Below, piece after piece: positions 40,066 to 50,349 of a stretch of DNA of 64,000 bases. Numbering within the stretch: the stretch's first letter is position 1; every line of letters starts with the position of its first letter. Position numbers and translations under genes: made by a program. Location of the stretch: positions 9,498 through 73,497 of the forward strand of contig CAYSPW010000002.1 of the NCBI GenBank assembly GCA_964433095.1, written 5' to 3'. Under the pieces are notes generated by a model. The model was not told where the DNA came from. It did no database searches and saw only the letters and a program-made list of their open reading frames with translations. This DNA comes from an uncultured Gammaproteobacteria bacterium (GTDB taxonomy: Bacteria > Patescibacteriota > Patescibacteriia > Magasanikbacterales > UBA922).

Positions 40066-40569
40066 CTAAATAAGCCAGCGCAAGGCCCCGCCGGCGAATA
40101 AAGTGATTAAGGTGACCAATGTGGCGGCGATGCACACGCCGCCGAAAATTAAAGGCCAGGATTTTTTAAAAGGAATATTAAAAACATAAGCTGCCAATGA
40201 GCCTGTCCAGGAACCGGTGAAAGGCAGCGGAATACCAACGAAAATTACCAACGCTATCGCCCCGTACTTGGCGTGTTTGCCGGAAAATTTATCTTCCGCT
40301 TTTTTTAAAAACTTAGTCAAAACCGAACCGAAAAACTTTTGTTTAACCACCCAGTCATGGGTAAGCGGTATTAAAAGCAAAATCAAGGTAGCCGGAATAA
40401 AATCGCCCAGCACCGCCAGAATCCACGTGGTTAAAACCGGCAATTTATAAACTTCAATTCCGATCGGAATGGCGGCCCGCAATTCGGTTATCGGTATCAT
40501 GGACAAGAAAAAAACAGCCCACTCATGCGGCAAATCGGCAAACCAGGTAACCGGATTTAGGTTTAACAT
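40066..40569 (-). CDS. small integral membrane protein (COG2426-like, possible small export protein)
   Basis: four predicted TM helices; ITELRAAIPIG motif. Confidence 0.45.
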   Translation of the reverse strand: MLNLNPVTWFADLPHEWAVFFLSMIPITELRAAIPIGIEVYKLPVLTTWILAVLGDFIPATLILLLIPLTHDWVVKQKFFGSVLTKFLKKAEDKFSGKHAKYGAIALVIFVGIPLPFTGSWTGSLAAYVFNIPFKKSWPLIFGGVCIAATLVTLITLFAGGALRWLI

Positions 40570-40629
40570 AATTCAATTTAAAAATTTGCTTAATAGTTGT
40601 TTTAACAAAACAATCACTTCCCGCTTATA

Positions 40630-41721
40630 TTAAGGAACAACTTCAGAACGCGTCCCATCAGTGGCGCCGGCCGATTGTTGACCGTCTTCGGTATCGGATG
40701 GCCAGATATGGTTGGCAAAGGACCAATCAGCCGCCAGTTTGGCTTGGGTGAACCTGCCCTCATGCGTTTCCGCGCCGAGAATAATAACATTAATCTCGTT
40801 TCCCCTATCATTGCCGACCCTCATGGCAAAATTATATCCCGAGGCCGGTATATAGCCTGTTTTGCCAATCAGATAGGCAAAATCATGCTTGATCCAATTC
40901 AACAATAACCAATTGGTATTCCACATATGATGCTCTTTGTCGCGTTTCAACGAATAAAGACTAAGTTCTTTCATGGACAATATGTTGGTGATTTCTTCAT
41001 GACGCAAAGCTTCGTCCAGTAAAATGGATACGTCTGAAGCGCTTGACACGTTGCCGGGGTCCAATCCGCTCGGATCGGTATAATGAGTATCGGTCATACC
41101 CAGTTCAGTCGCTTTTTGGTTCATTCTTTCTACAAAAACGTTTTCACTCCGCTCAATATATTCAGCCAAAGTAAAAATCGCTTTGTTGGAGGACGCCACC
41201 AATGCCGCCTGCCATAACTGTTCCAGGCTGTAAACATCACCGCGGTAAATATGCGTGCCAATCTTATCATCGCCGACTACCGTGGTAGTGGCCGTCCAAT
41301 TCAAATCATGCTCCAGCAAAACCAACGCGCTCATCAATTTGGTAATACTGGCAATCGGATGCGCCTGATATGAATTTTTGCTGTACAAGATAACCCCGCT
41401 TTCCCTGTCCTTCACCAATACACTGTCTGCGGCAATTTGTTTCTGCGAAAGCATCTCGCCCACCAATTTCGGCCTTTTCCGTTCCGCGGGCGGCGGCGGA
41501 TCAATCACCACGTCCCCTCCGGCTTCAACCTCCGCTTCTTCAATCACCCTGGCCGCCAAAGAACTACCATTGCCGATCTGTTCGCCGACGGCCACATTAA
41601 TTAAATCGGAATTAAAAAAAATAAAAAGGGCGGCAAAAACAAATAGAACCAATATTCCTGCCATATTGCGCCACTTGTTTGATATATCATTGTCAACAAA
41701 ATTCATAATGGTTGTTATCAA
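40630..41721 (-). CDS. serine-type D-Ala-D-Ala carboxypeptidase (peptidase S11/PBP5-like)
   Basis: N-terminal TM; SxxK active site (IASITKLM), SxN and KTG-like motifs. Confidence 0.8.
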   Translation of the reverse strand: MITTIMNFVDNDISNKWRNMAGILVLFVFAALFIFFNSDLINVAVGEQIGNGSSLAARVIEEAEVEAGGDVVIDPPPPAERKRPKLVGEMLSQKQIAADSVLVKDRESGVILYSKNSYQAHPIASITKLMSALVLLEHDLNWTATTTVVGDDKIGTHIYRGDVYSLEQLWQAALVASSNKAIFTLAEYIERSENVFVERMNQKATELGMTDTHYTDPSGLDPGNVSSASDVSILLDEALRHEEITNILSMKELSLYSLKRDKEHHMWNTNWLLLNWIKHDFAYLIGKTGYIPASGYNFAMRVGNDRGNEINVIILGAETHEGRFTQAKLAADWSFANHIWPSDTEDGQQSAGATDGTRSEVVP

Positions 41722-42245
41722 ATATCGGTTTGATTTTCCAAAAACTGATAATTGCTGAACTTGTCAAATTCGGGCAATTCATCGGCTGAACCGATCCCCA
41801 GCTGAGCCATAGCCTCGCTTGAAAGTTGGTAGACCGGTAGCGTCTTTTCCGGATCGTCTTGTTCATAAATCAAGCCGCGCACCAGTAAATTACGCAAAAT
41901 AACGGCGCAATTCACTCCTCTAATCTGCTCCAGCTCCGGTTTGGTAATCGGGCCGCGATAGGCAATCACGGTTAAGCTTTCCAACTGCGCCTTGGTCAGC
42001 TCGTCCTTTATTTCATACTTTAAAAATTTACTTAAGCCGTCCGCGTTTTTCGGATTAGAGGCCATTCGGTATTTATCTCCTGATAAAATAACCGTAATAC
42101 CACTGTCCTTGCGGTTGAAATCTTCCGTTATTTTACGCAAAACAGACTCGACCTCCTTTTCCTCAGCCCCGATAGCGCCGGCAATATCCTTGGCGTTCAA
42201 CGATTTTGAGGCCACGAATAGAATTGACTCAATAATTGATCTCAT
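41718..42245 (-). CDS. scpB: segregation and condensation protein B
   Basis: ScpB winged-helix N-terminus (IESILFVASKSLNAKDIA). Confidence 0.8.
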   Translation of the reverse strand: MRSIIESILFVASKSLNAKDIAGAIGAEEKEVESVLRKITEDFNRKDSGITVILSGDKYRMASNPKNADGLSKFLKYEIKDELTKAQLESLTVIAYRGPITKPELEQIRGVNCAVILRNLLVRGLIYEQDDPEKTLPVYQLSSEAMAQLGIGSADELPEFDKFSNYQFLENQTDI

Positions 42246-42936
42246 ACTTTTTTATCATTATATCGCTAAACAATTTATCCTGCTGCAAACTGACGCTTTT
42301 TTGTTTGACCAGCTCTAGCAAGGCTAAAAAGCCCACTATCACTTCGGTCTTGTTATTCGTGCAACCAATGATGTCGCTGAAGTTAAACTTGGCTTTGCTG
42401 CGCAGCACACTTCTAATAACATCAATTCGACTTTTGATGGAAATGGCCTTGTCAATTTCAGCTTGCGGCAATGGTTTGGGAGGCTTGACGCGGTTGATTA
42501 AATTTTCCATGCTTTCAACCAAGTTTTCCGTATACAAATTTTTGGGTGGAATAAATTTATCCGGAATCTGGATCGGATTTACACGGAAAAAACATACTTG
42601 TTCGGATAGCCATTTGTCGTTAAGGCGCTTGGACAGCTCAATAAAAGCCTGATAAAGTTTGAGTTGATCTTCCAGGCTGGGACCATCTTCATCTTCTTGA
42701 TCGCTGAATTGGGGCAAAAGTAAACGCGACTTTAAATACATTAACTTAGCCGCTACCAGTAAAAAATCAGCCAACTCTTCCGCTTTGTCTTTTTCCAGCT
42801 TATCAATATATGCTAAAAATTGTTCCATTACCTGCGATAAGGATACTTCGCATATATCCAATTTCTCTTCTCCGATTAAATTTAACAGCAAATCAAAAGG
42901 CCCCTCAAATTGTGCCAGCTTAATTTCAGCGTTCAT
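42229..42936 (-). CDS. scpA: segregation and condensation protein A (start at MNAEIKL)
   Basis: ScpA N-terminal motif (LAQFEGPFDLLLNLI); operon with scpB. Confidence 0.8.
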   Translation of the reverse strand: MNAEIKLAQFEGPFDLLLNLIGEEKLDICEVSLSQVMEQFLAYIDKLEKDKAEELADFLLVAAKLMYLKSRLLLPQFSDQEDEDGPSLEDQLKLYQAFIELSKRLNDKWLSEQVCFFRVNPIQIPDKFIPPKNLYTENLVESMENLINRVKPPKPLPQAEIDKAISIKSRIDVIRSVLRSKAKFNFSDIIGCTNNKTEVIVGFLALLELVKQKSVSLQQDKLFSDIMIKKYEINY

Positions 42937-42952
42937 AATTAATAAAAAAAAC

Positions 42953-44719
42953 TTAATCTTTTTTTTCGTCCAACACCTTGACATGCAACTCTTTCAATCT
43001 ATTTTTGTCCACCTTGGAAGGGCTGCCGGTCATCGGTTCTTCTGCCTGCTGATTTTTGGGAAAAGCGGTGACCGCTCTAATATTTTTTTCACCCAAAAGC
43101 AGCATTAACAGCCGTTCAATGCCGGGAGCAAAACCACAATGAGGCGGCGCGCCGTGGTTGAAAGCTTCAATCATGTGCGCGAACTGTTCATCCACTTGTT
43201 TTTTGGAATAACCGGCAATCTCAAAGGCCCGATACATCAGCTTGGGATCTGTATTGCGTACAGCCCCGGAAGATAATTCCAATCCGTTGGCCACGATATC
43301 ATATTGATAACCCAAAATATCAAGCGGATCCATTTCTTCCAAAGCACGCGATCCGCCTTGGGGCATTGAAAACGGATTATGTGAAAAAATAATTTTCCCG
43401 CTTTCTCGGTCACGCTCGTACATGGGAAAATCTACCACCCATGCCCAGGCGATGGTATCCGGATCCGCCAGCCCCATCTTCTGAGCGGCCAAAGTTCTGA
43501 CCGCGCCCAAAGCCAGGCAGCTTTCCGCCCATTCGCCGGCCGCGAAAAAAAGTATGTCTCCTTTTTTAATTTTCATTTTTTTTCTTAGCGCCCGCAGTTG
43601 TTTGGCGGTAAAAAATTTGGTAATCCCCCCCTCAAAATCGTTCTCATATTTCATCCAAGCCAAGCCGTCGACCCCCTGCCGCATAGCCTGTGCGGTAAAT
43701 TCTTGGTCAATCTGTTTGCGCGTAAATACTGCTCCGCCCGGCACTTTGAGCGCGCGCGCATACTCGGATGTTTTAAAAATCTTAAAATCCGTTCCGACGG
43801 CCCAACCACTAACGTCTTCCAGCTCAATACCGAAACGCAAATCCGGCCGATCGCTGCCGTACTTTTCCATAGCCTGTTTGTAGGTAAAACGCGGAAAGGG
43901 CTTTTTCCATACTTTTTTGCCGGCCACTTTTTCAGTCAACCGCACAAACAAAGGCTCCATCAAGGCAAAAAACTGATCCTGCTCCATAAAGCTGACTTCA
44001 CAATCCAGCTGGTAAAATTCACCGGGAGAACGGTCCGCTCTGGCGTCTTCGTCCCTCATGCAGGGCGCGATCTGATAATAACGGTCAAATCCGGCTATCA
44101 TAAGAAGCTGCTTATACTGCTGCGGCGCTTGAGGCAAGGCATAAAATTTTCCCGCGTGCAGCCGGCTAGGCACCAAATAATCACGCGCCCCTTCGGGCGA
44201 AGATACGGTCAATATGGGAGTGGAAATGTCAATAAATCCGTTTTCTTGCATATATTTTCTAATATATGACACTACTTGACCGCGAAACAGGATATTGTTT
44301 TTTAATTTTTCTCGGCGCAGTTCCAAATAACGGTACTTCAATCTCAACTCTTCATCTTCCGGGCCTTTTTCCGTATCAAAAATTTCAAAAGGCAAAACTT
44401 CTGATTTGGACAGTACCTGCAATCGATCAACCTGCAATTCTATTTCTCCGGTGGTAATCTTTTCATTGACATCCTTTTTGTCCCTCTTTTTCACGATTCC
44501 GTTCACCTTAAGCACATACTCGTACTTCAATTTCTTCGCTTTGGCAAAGTTTTTGCACCGATCAGGGTCAAATACCACTTGGGTAATGCCGTACCGATCG
44601 CGCAGGTCAACAAAAATCAATGAACCCATTTTTCTGTGTTTGTGCACCCAGCCGGCCAAAACCACTTTTTTGCCGGCTTGCTTCTTGGACAACTCGCCGC
44701 ATGTATGTGTTCTATACAT
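42953..44719 (-). CDS. aspS: aspartate--tRNA ligase
   Basis: OB anticodon-binding N-domain, class II motifs, bacterial insertion domain; 588 aa. Confidence 0.9.
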   Translation of the reverse strand: MYRTHTCGELSKKQAGKKVVLAGWVHKHRKMGSLIFVDLRDRYGITQVVFDPDRCKNFAKAKKLKYEYVLKVNGIVKKRDKKDVNEKITTGEIELQVDRLQVLSKSEVLPFEIFDTEKGPEDEELRLKYRYLELRREKLKNNILFRGQVVSYIRKYMQENGFIDISTPILTVSSPEGARDYLVPSRLHAGKFYALPQAPQQYKQLLMIAGFDRYYQIAPCMRDEDARADRSPGEFYQLDCEVSFMEQDQFFALMEPLFVRLTEKVAGKKVWKKPFPRFTYKQAMEKYGSDRPDLRFGIELEDVSGWAVGTDFKIFKTSEYARALKVPGGAVFTRKQIDQEFTAQAMRQGVDGLAWMKYENDFEGGITKFFTAKQLRALRKKMKIKKGDILFFAAGEWAESCLALGAVRTLAAQKMGLADPDTIAWAWVVDFPMYERDRESGKIIFSHNPFSMPQGGSRALEEMDPLDILGYQYDIVANGLELSSGAVRNTDPKLMYRAFEIAGYSKKQVDEQFAHMIEAFNHGAPPHCGFAPGIERLLMLLLGEKNIRAVTAFPKNQQAEEPMTGSPSKVDKNRLKELHVKVLDEKKD

Positions 44720-44849
44720 ATATAATTTGAAAATAATTGTTTAAACAAAGTATATATTATCAAAAAAACGCGCCCGGCGCAACATAAAAATCCGGCCGAC
44801 GGATATATGACTATCCTTAAAATAATCCGACGGCGGTTAAACAGACAGA

Positions 44850-46145
44850 CTAAGGCGATAAGCGATTAACCGTTCTTGGAAAGGGAATGCATTCGCGAAT
44901 ATGCTCCACTCCGCAAATCCAGCGCACCAGCCTTTCCACGCCGATACCAAATCCGGAATGCGGCACCGAACCATAGCGTCGCAAATCCAGATACCATTGG
45001 AACTCCTTTTCCGGCAAATTTTCCCGCTTGACGCGTTGCTTGAGCATCTCGTAATCATCTTCTCTTTGCGATCCGCCGATCAGCTCGCCAGCCCCTTCGA
45101 TGCCGATCAAATCGCTGTTTAATACCAGCTCTTCATCATCCGGATCAATCTTCATGTAAAAAGGCTTGATTTGCCTAGGCCATTTTTCAATAAATATCGG
45201 CATATCCGCATGGTCGGTTAAAAGCGATTCGTCATCATTGCCCAAATCTTCTCCATAGGTTATATCCGATCCGAGAGCGCGCAACTCTTCCACCGCCTGC
45301 GCGTAGGATATTGTTTTGAATTCTCTTTCCGCCAAGGCGGACAATTTATCAGTGTTTCGCCGCAAAACTTCCAGCTCCGCGGCGCAGCCGACCAGACAAT
45401 GTTTAACCACCGCCTTGATCAAGTCTTGCTGCAGTCGCTTATTTTCTTTATGAGTCACAAAAGCGGCTTCAGCGTCCATCATCCAAAACTCGCTCAAATG
45501 ACGCTTGGTGGTTGATTTTTCGGCACGGAAAACCGGTCCGAAATCATAGGCTCGGCCCAATGAAGCGATGGCGGCTTCAATGTAAAGTTGCCCGGTTTGA
45601 GAAAGATAGGCGTCTCCCAAATCAAAATACGGCACTCTAAACAAGGTGGTTGTGCCTTCGCAGGCGTTCGGAGTAAGCACGGGCGAGTCAACCCGGATAA
45701 AATCACTGTCAGCCATGTATTGATGTATGGCCGCCTCCACCGCGCTTCTGATTTTAAGTATCGCCCATTGTTTTTTACCGCGAAGCCACAGGTGACGATT
45801 GTTCATTAAAAAATCCGGACCATGCCCTTTTTTACCGATCGGAAACTCGTCAGCCAACTGAACAATATCTATACTCAGCACTTGCAGCTCGTAAACCTCC
45901 CGCTTTTTCGGATGGCGAACCGGAGTGCCGCGCGCCACCAATGAAGACTCGTGGGTTAAAGAATTAACCGCCTGCCAGGTATCTTGATCAACCCCGCCTC
46001 GGTCCACCACCGCTTGAATAAATCCGCTTCCGTCCCGCAATTCCAAAAACATTATTTTACCCGAACTGCGTTTGTTGTGCAGCCAGCCGCGGATGGTTAT
46101 TGGTTTTCCTAAATGAGACGCGATATTGGCGATTGATGTGTTCAT
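44850..46145 (-). CDS. asnS: asparagine--tRNA ligase
   Basis: class IIb OB fold plus catalytic core with FRAEKSTTKRHLSEFWMMDAE motif; 431 aa. Confidence 0.8.
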   Translation of the reverse strand: MNTSIANIASHLGKPITIRGWLHNKRSSGKIMFLELRDGSGFIQAVVDRGGVDQDTWQAVNSLTHESSLVARGTPVRHPKKREVYELQVLSIDIVQLADEFPIGKKGHGPDFLMNNRHLWLRGKKQWAILKIRSAVEAAIHQYMADSDFIRVDSPVLTPNACEGTTTLFRVPYFDLGDAYLSQTGQLYIEAAIASLGRAYDFGPVFRAEKSTTKRHLSEFWMMDAEAAFVTHKENKRLQQDLIKAVVKHCLVGCAAELEVLRRNTDKLSALAEREFKTISYAQAVEELRALGSDITYGEDLGNDDESLLTDHADMPIFIEKWPRQIKPFYMKIDPDDEELVLNSDLIGIEGAGELIGGSQREDDYEMLKQRVKRENLPEKEFQWYLDLRRYGSVPHSGFGIGVERLVRWICGVEHIRECIPFPRTVNRLSP

Positions 46146-46156
46146 AAAATATTGTT

Positions 46157-46909
46157 TTAATTTGTTTTTTTGTGCTCCGACTCAAAGGCCAGCGGAAGCC
46201 AGTCATGAATCCATTGCTCGCTTTGGTATATTAAAAAACTATAAACTAAATTGTGAACTAAAACGTAATATCTTTTATCCATCTGGTTAATCCGCGGCCA
46301 AGTTTCACGCAGTAGCATTGGTATTTTTTTCAAAATCAAATGATAATTGCCATGAAAAAATATGGCACCGGATTCAAATTCTTTCTTGCCGGCGCATTTC
46401 GGGCATAACATACCGCCCGATCCGTGCCAAAAAATTAAACTTTTTTCCAATCCACAACCAACGCAATGCTCAAGCTGCGGACCAAAGCCGAGCCGCGCCA
46501 ATACGCGCATGATTACCGCGTCAACCAAATAGGCGCTTGGCGCCCGCGCGCGATTAAGATAATCAAGCCAATCCAGCAGCAAAAAAAACATTTGTTCATC
46601 CTTTTCTCCACTCCGACACAATTTGTCAATCGCTGATATGACATATGAAGCCGAGAGTATCTTAACACGATTTTCGTTTATTTGAAAAAAACGCGTCTCA
46701 GGCTGTACTTTGGTCAGATGGTCTATTTCTCTACCCGCCGCCATATCAATATCAAGCAATGAAAATGGTTCCAAGTGAGCCGAATTCTTGCCGGTAATCT
46801 TTTTAACACCCCTGGCCAACAACTTAATCTTACCTTGATGCTCGGTATAAAAAGAAATGATCTGGTCAAATTCTCTAAAATCGCGCCGCGCCAGCACAAT
46901 CGCCCGCAT
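46157..46909 (-). CDS. recO: DNA repair protein RecO
   Basis: RecO OB N-domain and C4 zinc motif (CVGCG...CPKC). Confidence 0.8.
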   Translation of the reverse strand: MRAIVLARRDFREFDQIISFYTEHQGKIKLLARGVKKITGKNSAHLEPFSLLDIDMAAGREIDHLTKVQPETRFFQINENRVKILSASYVISAIDKLCRSGEKDEQMFFLLLDWLDYLNRARAPSAYLVDAVIMRVLARLGFGPQLEHCVGCGLEKSLIFWHGSGGMLCPKCAGKKEFESGAIFFHGNYHLILKKIPMLLRETWPRINQMDKRYYVLVHNLVYSFLIYQSEQWIHDWLPLAFESEHKKTN

Positions 46910-46910
46910 A

Positions 46911-47282
46911 TTAATATTTTTTTGTTTGTAGGTAATTCTCTAGCACCAGCATGGCGGCCTTCTCATCCCTGGTGGCCTCTCCGCCCATTTGATCTGCCTG
47001 TCTTGAAGTGAATCTTTCGTCAATAAATTCAATCGGCACGCTAATTAAATCCTTTAATTTTTCGGCAAAATCGCGCGCGCGTTTACTGTTTTCGTTTTCT
47101 TGATTATCAAGTCCGATCGGCAGACCTATAACCACCCGTTCAATATTTTCCTCGCGTACAAACTCGGCCAGCTTTTTTGCTTTATTTTCAATTACGCCAT
47201 AAGGCAAAATCACCCCCAGGTCGGTATTAACCCAGGCCAATCCCACTCTTTTTTCTCCGTGGTCAACTGCAAGTATGTTCAT
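46911..47282 (-). CDS. ruvX: Holliday junction resolvase-like YqgF/RuvX
   Basis: MNILAVDHGEKRVGLA signature. Confidence 0.85.
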   Translation of the reverse strand: MNILAVDHGEKRVGLAWVNTDLGVILPYGVIENKAKKLAEFVREENIERVVIGLPIGLDNQENENSKRARDFAEKLKDLISVPIEFIDERFTSRQADQMGGEATRDEKAAMLVLENYLQTKKY

Positions 47283-47284
47283 AA

Positions 47285-48100
47285 TTATTCTTGTTTTCTT
47301 TCCTGCGGCCTTCTGGTAACAACCAGGGGCTCGTTTTCGGTTACCACCACCGTATGCTCAAAATGTGCCGATAAGCTGTGATCCCTGGTGGCCACGCTCC
47401 AACCGTCTTCGGCTGTAACCACTTCATGGCCGCCTAAAGTAAGCATCGGTTCAATGGCGATAACCACGCCCGGCTCCAATCGCCAGCTGTCTAAATCAGG
47501 ATCATAATAATTAGGCACTCGCGGCGGTTCATGCACGCCGTGACCGACGCCGTGCCCTACCAAATCTCTCACTATGCCATAGCCCAAAGGCAGCGCATAT
47601 CGTTCAATCGCTTTGCCGATATCGGCTATACTGTTGCCGACCCGACACTGTTTGATACCCACTTCCAAGGCTTGTCCGGTGGCTTCAAGCAAATTCTCAG
47701 CCTGCCTTGATATTTTTGCCACCGGCACGGTAATTGATGTATCCGTGTACAAGCCATGCTTTGCGGCCGGATATTTCATGCCTATATCCATACTGACAAT
47801 ATCACCGTGTTGTAAAACTTTTTCCCGGGAAGCGATGCCGTGCACTATTTCTTCATTAACGCACGCGCAAATACTGGAGGGAAAAGGCGGATCGGTTTTT
47901 TTTGTTTGATAATTCTTAAAAGAAGGCAAACCGCCCGCTTCGGCAATCAGTTGCTCGGCCCGTTTGTTAATATCCCAGACCGAAATTCCGGGATTTACCA
48001 TTTTTGTCAATTCTTCCAAAATTTGTCCCAAAATTTTACCGCCACTCTCAATTAACTGTATTTCTTTTTTTTTCTTGATATATGCCATAAGTTTACCCAT
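47285..48100 (-). CDS. map: type I methionine aminopeptidase
   Basis: metal-binding residues in DIVSMDIG, GHGVGHGVHE, E-rich C-terminal motifs. Confidence 0.9.
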   Translation of the reverse strand: MGKLMAYIKKKKEIQLIESGGKILGQILEELTKMVNPGISVWDINKRAEQLIAEAGGLPSFKNYQTKKTDPPFPSSICACVNEEIVHGIASREKVLQHGDIVSMDIGMKYPAAKHGLYTDTSITVPVAKISRQAENLLEATGQALEVGIKQCRVGNSIADIGKAIERYALPLGYGIVRDLVGHGVGHGVHEPPRVPNYYDPDLDSWRLEPGVVIAIEPMLTLGGHEVVTAEDGWSVATRDHSLSAHFEHTVVVTENEPLVVTRRPQERKQE

Positions 48101-48196
48101 CTTTATCTTTTTTTATATTAACAGAAACAAACAAAAAAGCAAGTAAAAAACTCCGCTTAAAGTAAAATATAAGCAATAATTTCAACAACAAAATGA

Positions 48197-49258
48197 TTAG
48201 TGAATGAACATGGAGTCGCCAAAGCTGTAAAAACGGTAGCGCTCGGCGACCGCTTCTCGATAGCATCGCAGAACATATTCGGTGCTGCCGGCAAAAGCCG
48301 CGACCAACATTAAGAGAGTGGATTTTGGCAGATGAAAATTAGTAATTAAAGCATCAACTATTTTGAATTCAAATCCCGGTGTGATGAATATATCAATTTC
48401 ACCGCAATACCGATCCGCTTTTTCTTTTTGTAAAATGGCGGCCACACCTTCCAAAGTTCTGGCGGTGGTGGTACCGACCGCTATCACCCGTCTTTTTTCT
48501 CGCTTGGCTCGATTGATTTTGTCGGCCACGCCCTCCGTTACTTGTACCCATTCGCTGTGCATGGAATGATCCTCCACTATTTCGCTTTTCACCGGCAGAA
48601 ATGTCCCCAATCCCACGTGCAGAGTTACCGCGGCGAATTCTACACCGATATTTTTCAACTGCTTGATCAGTTTTGGAGTAAAATGAAATCCGGCCGTGGG
48701 AGCGGCTACCGAACCTTCGCGCTTGGCGTAAATGGTTTGGTAAAAATCAAGTTCGCGAGGCCGGTCTTTGATATATGGCGGCACCGGCACATGACCGTAC
48801 CGATTGGCTTTTTTTCTTACCTGCTTTTCATTGTCGGCAAACTGCGCCAAAATGGTGCCGTTGGGCTCTTTGAGCAAAACATCACAAAAAAACCCATCAG
48901 CAAAACATATTTTAGCGCCCGCCCTGACATGTCGCCCGGGCCGCGCCAATACTCGCCATACTCCGTCATTTTCCATCGGCCGCACTAAAAAAATTTCAAT
49001 GTCCCGAGAATGATTTCTCAGTGCTCGGCCGGTCCTTGAAACCAAGCGTCCATAGAGACGCGCTTTGAATACCCTTGAATTATTCCAAATAATTAAATCG
49101 CCGGCCTTTAAAAAACGCGGTAAGTCAAAAAAATGATGATGGAAAATTTTTTTTTCTTGCTTATTAACCACCATCAATCTGGAATGATCGCGAGGGCGGA
49201 CCGGCCGCTGAGCGATCAAATTTTGCGGCAAATTAAAATCAAACTGCGAGGCGCGCAT
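48197..49258 (-). CDS. queA: S-adenosylmethionine:tRNA ribosyltransferase-isomerase
   Basis: QueA N-terminus FDFNLPQNLIAQRP and conserved core. Confidence 0.9.
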   Translation of the reverse strand: MRASQFDFNLPQNLIAQRPVRPRDHSRLMVVNKQEKKIFHHHFFDLPRFLKAGDLIIWNNSRVFKARLYGRLVSRTGRALRNHSRDIEIFLVRPMENDGVWRVLARPGRHVRAGAKICFADGFFCDVLLKEPNGTILAQFADNEKQVRKKANRYGHVPVPPYIKDRPRELDFYQTIYAKREGSVAAPTAGFHFTPKLIKQLKNIGVEFAAVTLHVGLGTFLPVKSEIVEDHSMHSEWVQVTEGVADKINRAKREKRRVIAVGTTTARTLEGVAAILQKEKADRYCGEIDIFITPGFEFKIVDALITNFHLPKSTLLMLVAAFAGSTEYVLRCYREAVAERYRFYSFGDSMFIH

Positions 49259-49263
49259 AAAAT

Positions 49264-50349
49264 TCAGCGTAAATACCGAGCCACGTTATAATTGTGCTCT
49301 TCCAGAGTCTTGGCATAAATCACTTCTCCGCTGTCAAGAGTGGTCAAAAAATACCAGTAGTCATTTTCCCGCGGATAGATGGCCGCCTCAATTGATTCCA
49401 ATCCGGGAGTACCGATTGGCCCCAACGGCAGGCCCGGATATTTGTAGGTGTTCCAATATGAATCAATCGCGCGCTCGTTTTGTGACGTAAACACCGTGCC
49501 GTTGCCACCCAGAATGTAATGAATAGTGGAATCGGCTTGCAAAGCCCAGTTCATATCAAGTCGGCGCCAGAATATATCGGCAATCAATGCTTTGTCTTCA
49601 GCGCCGCGCGCCTCGCGTTCCAAAACACTGGCCATGGTCAAAGCCTGAAAAAAAGTGCGGCCTCGCGCTCGTAAATCTTGATACATCTTATCGGTAATCT
49701 GCCCGTTTCTATGGACTAAAAGTTTTTCAACTACTTCTGAAAGAGCGGCATCCCGGTATACTCGATAAGTGTCCGGAGCCAAATATCCGTCATAACTTAG
49801 ATACCGCGGCTTGTCCCGCAAAATTAAAAGATCCAGTTTATTAAATCGGTCGGTAGGAAGATTCTCATGTTCTCCGATCCGGTAATCAACAGCCGGCTTG
49901 CCCAGCAGGGCAAAAACTTCTTCTTCCGCGGCCACGCCTTGCTCGTCCAAATAAGTCGCTATCTCGCGCAGTGTCCAACCCGGTATGATTGTCAATGTTT
50001 TTTCTATCGCCTGCCGCGGATCACGCAGCGCGTCCGCCACTCTGGCCATTGTAATCGGAGCCTCAACATTGTATTTTCCTTGCTCAATTTGCCGGTCTAT
50101 TCCCTTGTACACCAAATATTTATTGAACAACCAGGCATTGCCGATGATATTCTCGCTTTCCAACCGCCGTCCCAATTGCGGCACGGTTTCTCCGGGCAGC
50201 ACATTAAAAGTGGCGCTGTCGGCTCGTTGCGTCTCAACCCAATAAATCTGGCCATAAAGCCAGGAAAAACTGATCACGATTGAACTGAAAAAAATCAGCA
50301 GAATGATTTTAAACATATTAAAGATAGTGATCCATTCCTTGACGTTCAA
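49264..50349 (-). CDS. mltG: endolytic murein transglycosylase MltG (YceG family)
   Basis: N-terminal TM then YceG-like domain. Confidence 0.85.
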   Translation of the reverse strand: MNVKEWITIFNMFKIILLIFFSSIVISFSWLYGQIYWVETQRADSATFNVLPGETVPQLGRRLESENIIGNAWLFNKYLVYKGIDRQIEQGKYNVEAPITMARVADALRDPRQAIEKTLTIIPGWTLREIATYLDEQGVAAEEEVFALLGKPAVDYRIGEHENLPTDRFNKLDLLILRDKPRYLSYDGYLAPDTYRVYRDAALSEVVEKLLVHRNGQITDKMYQDLRARGRTFFQALTMASVLEREARGAEDKALIADIFWRRLDMNWALQADSTIHYILGGNGTVFTSQNERAIDSYWNTYKYPGLPLGPIGTPGLESIEAAIYPRENDYWYFLTTLDSGEVIYAKTLEEHNYNVARYLR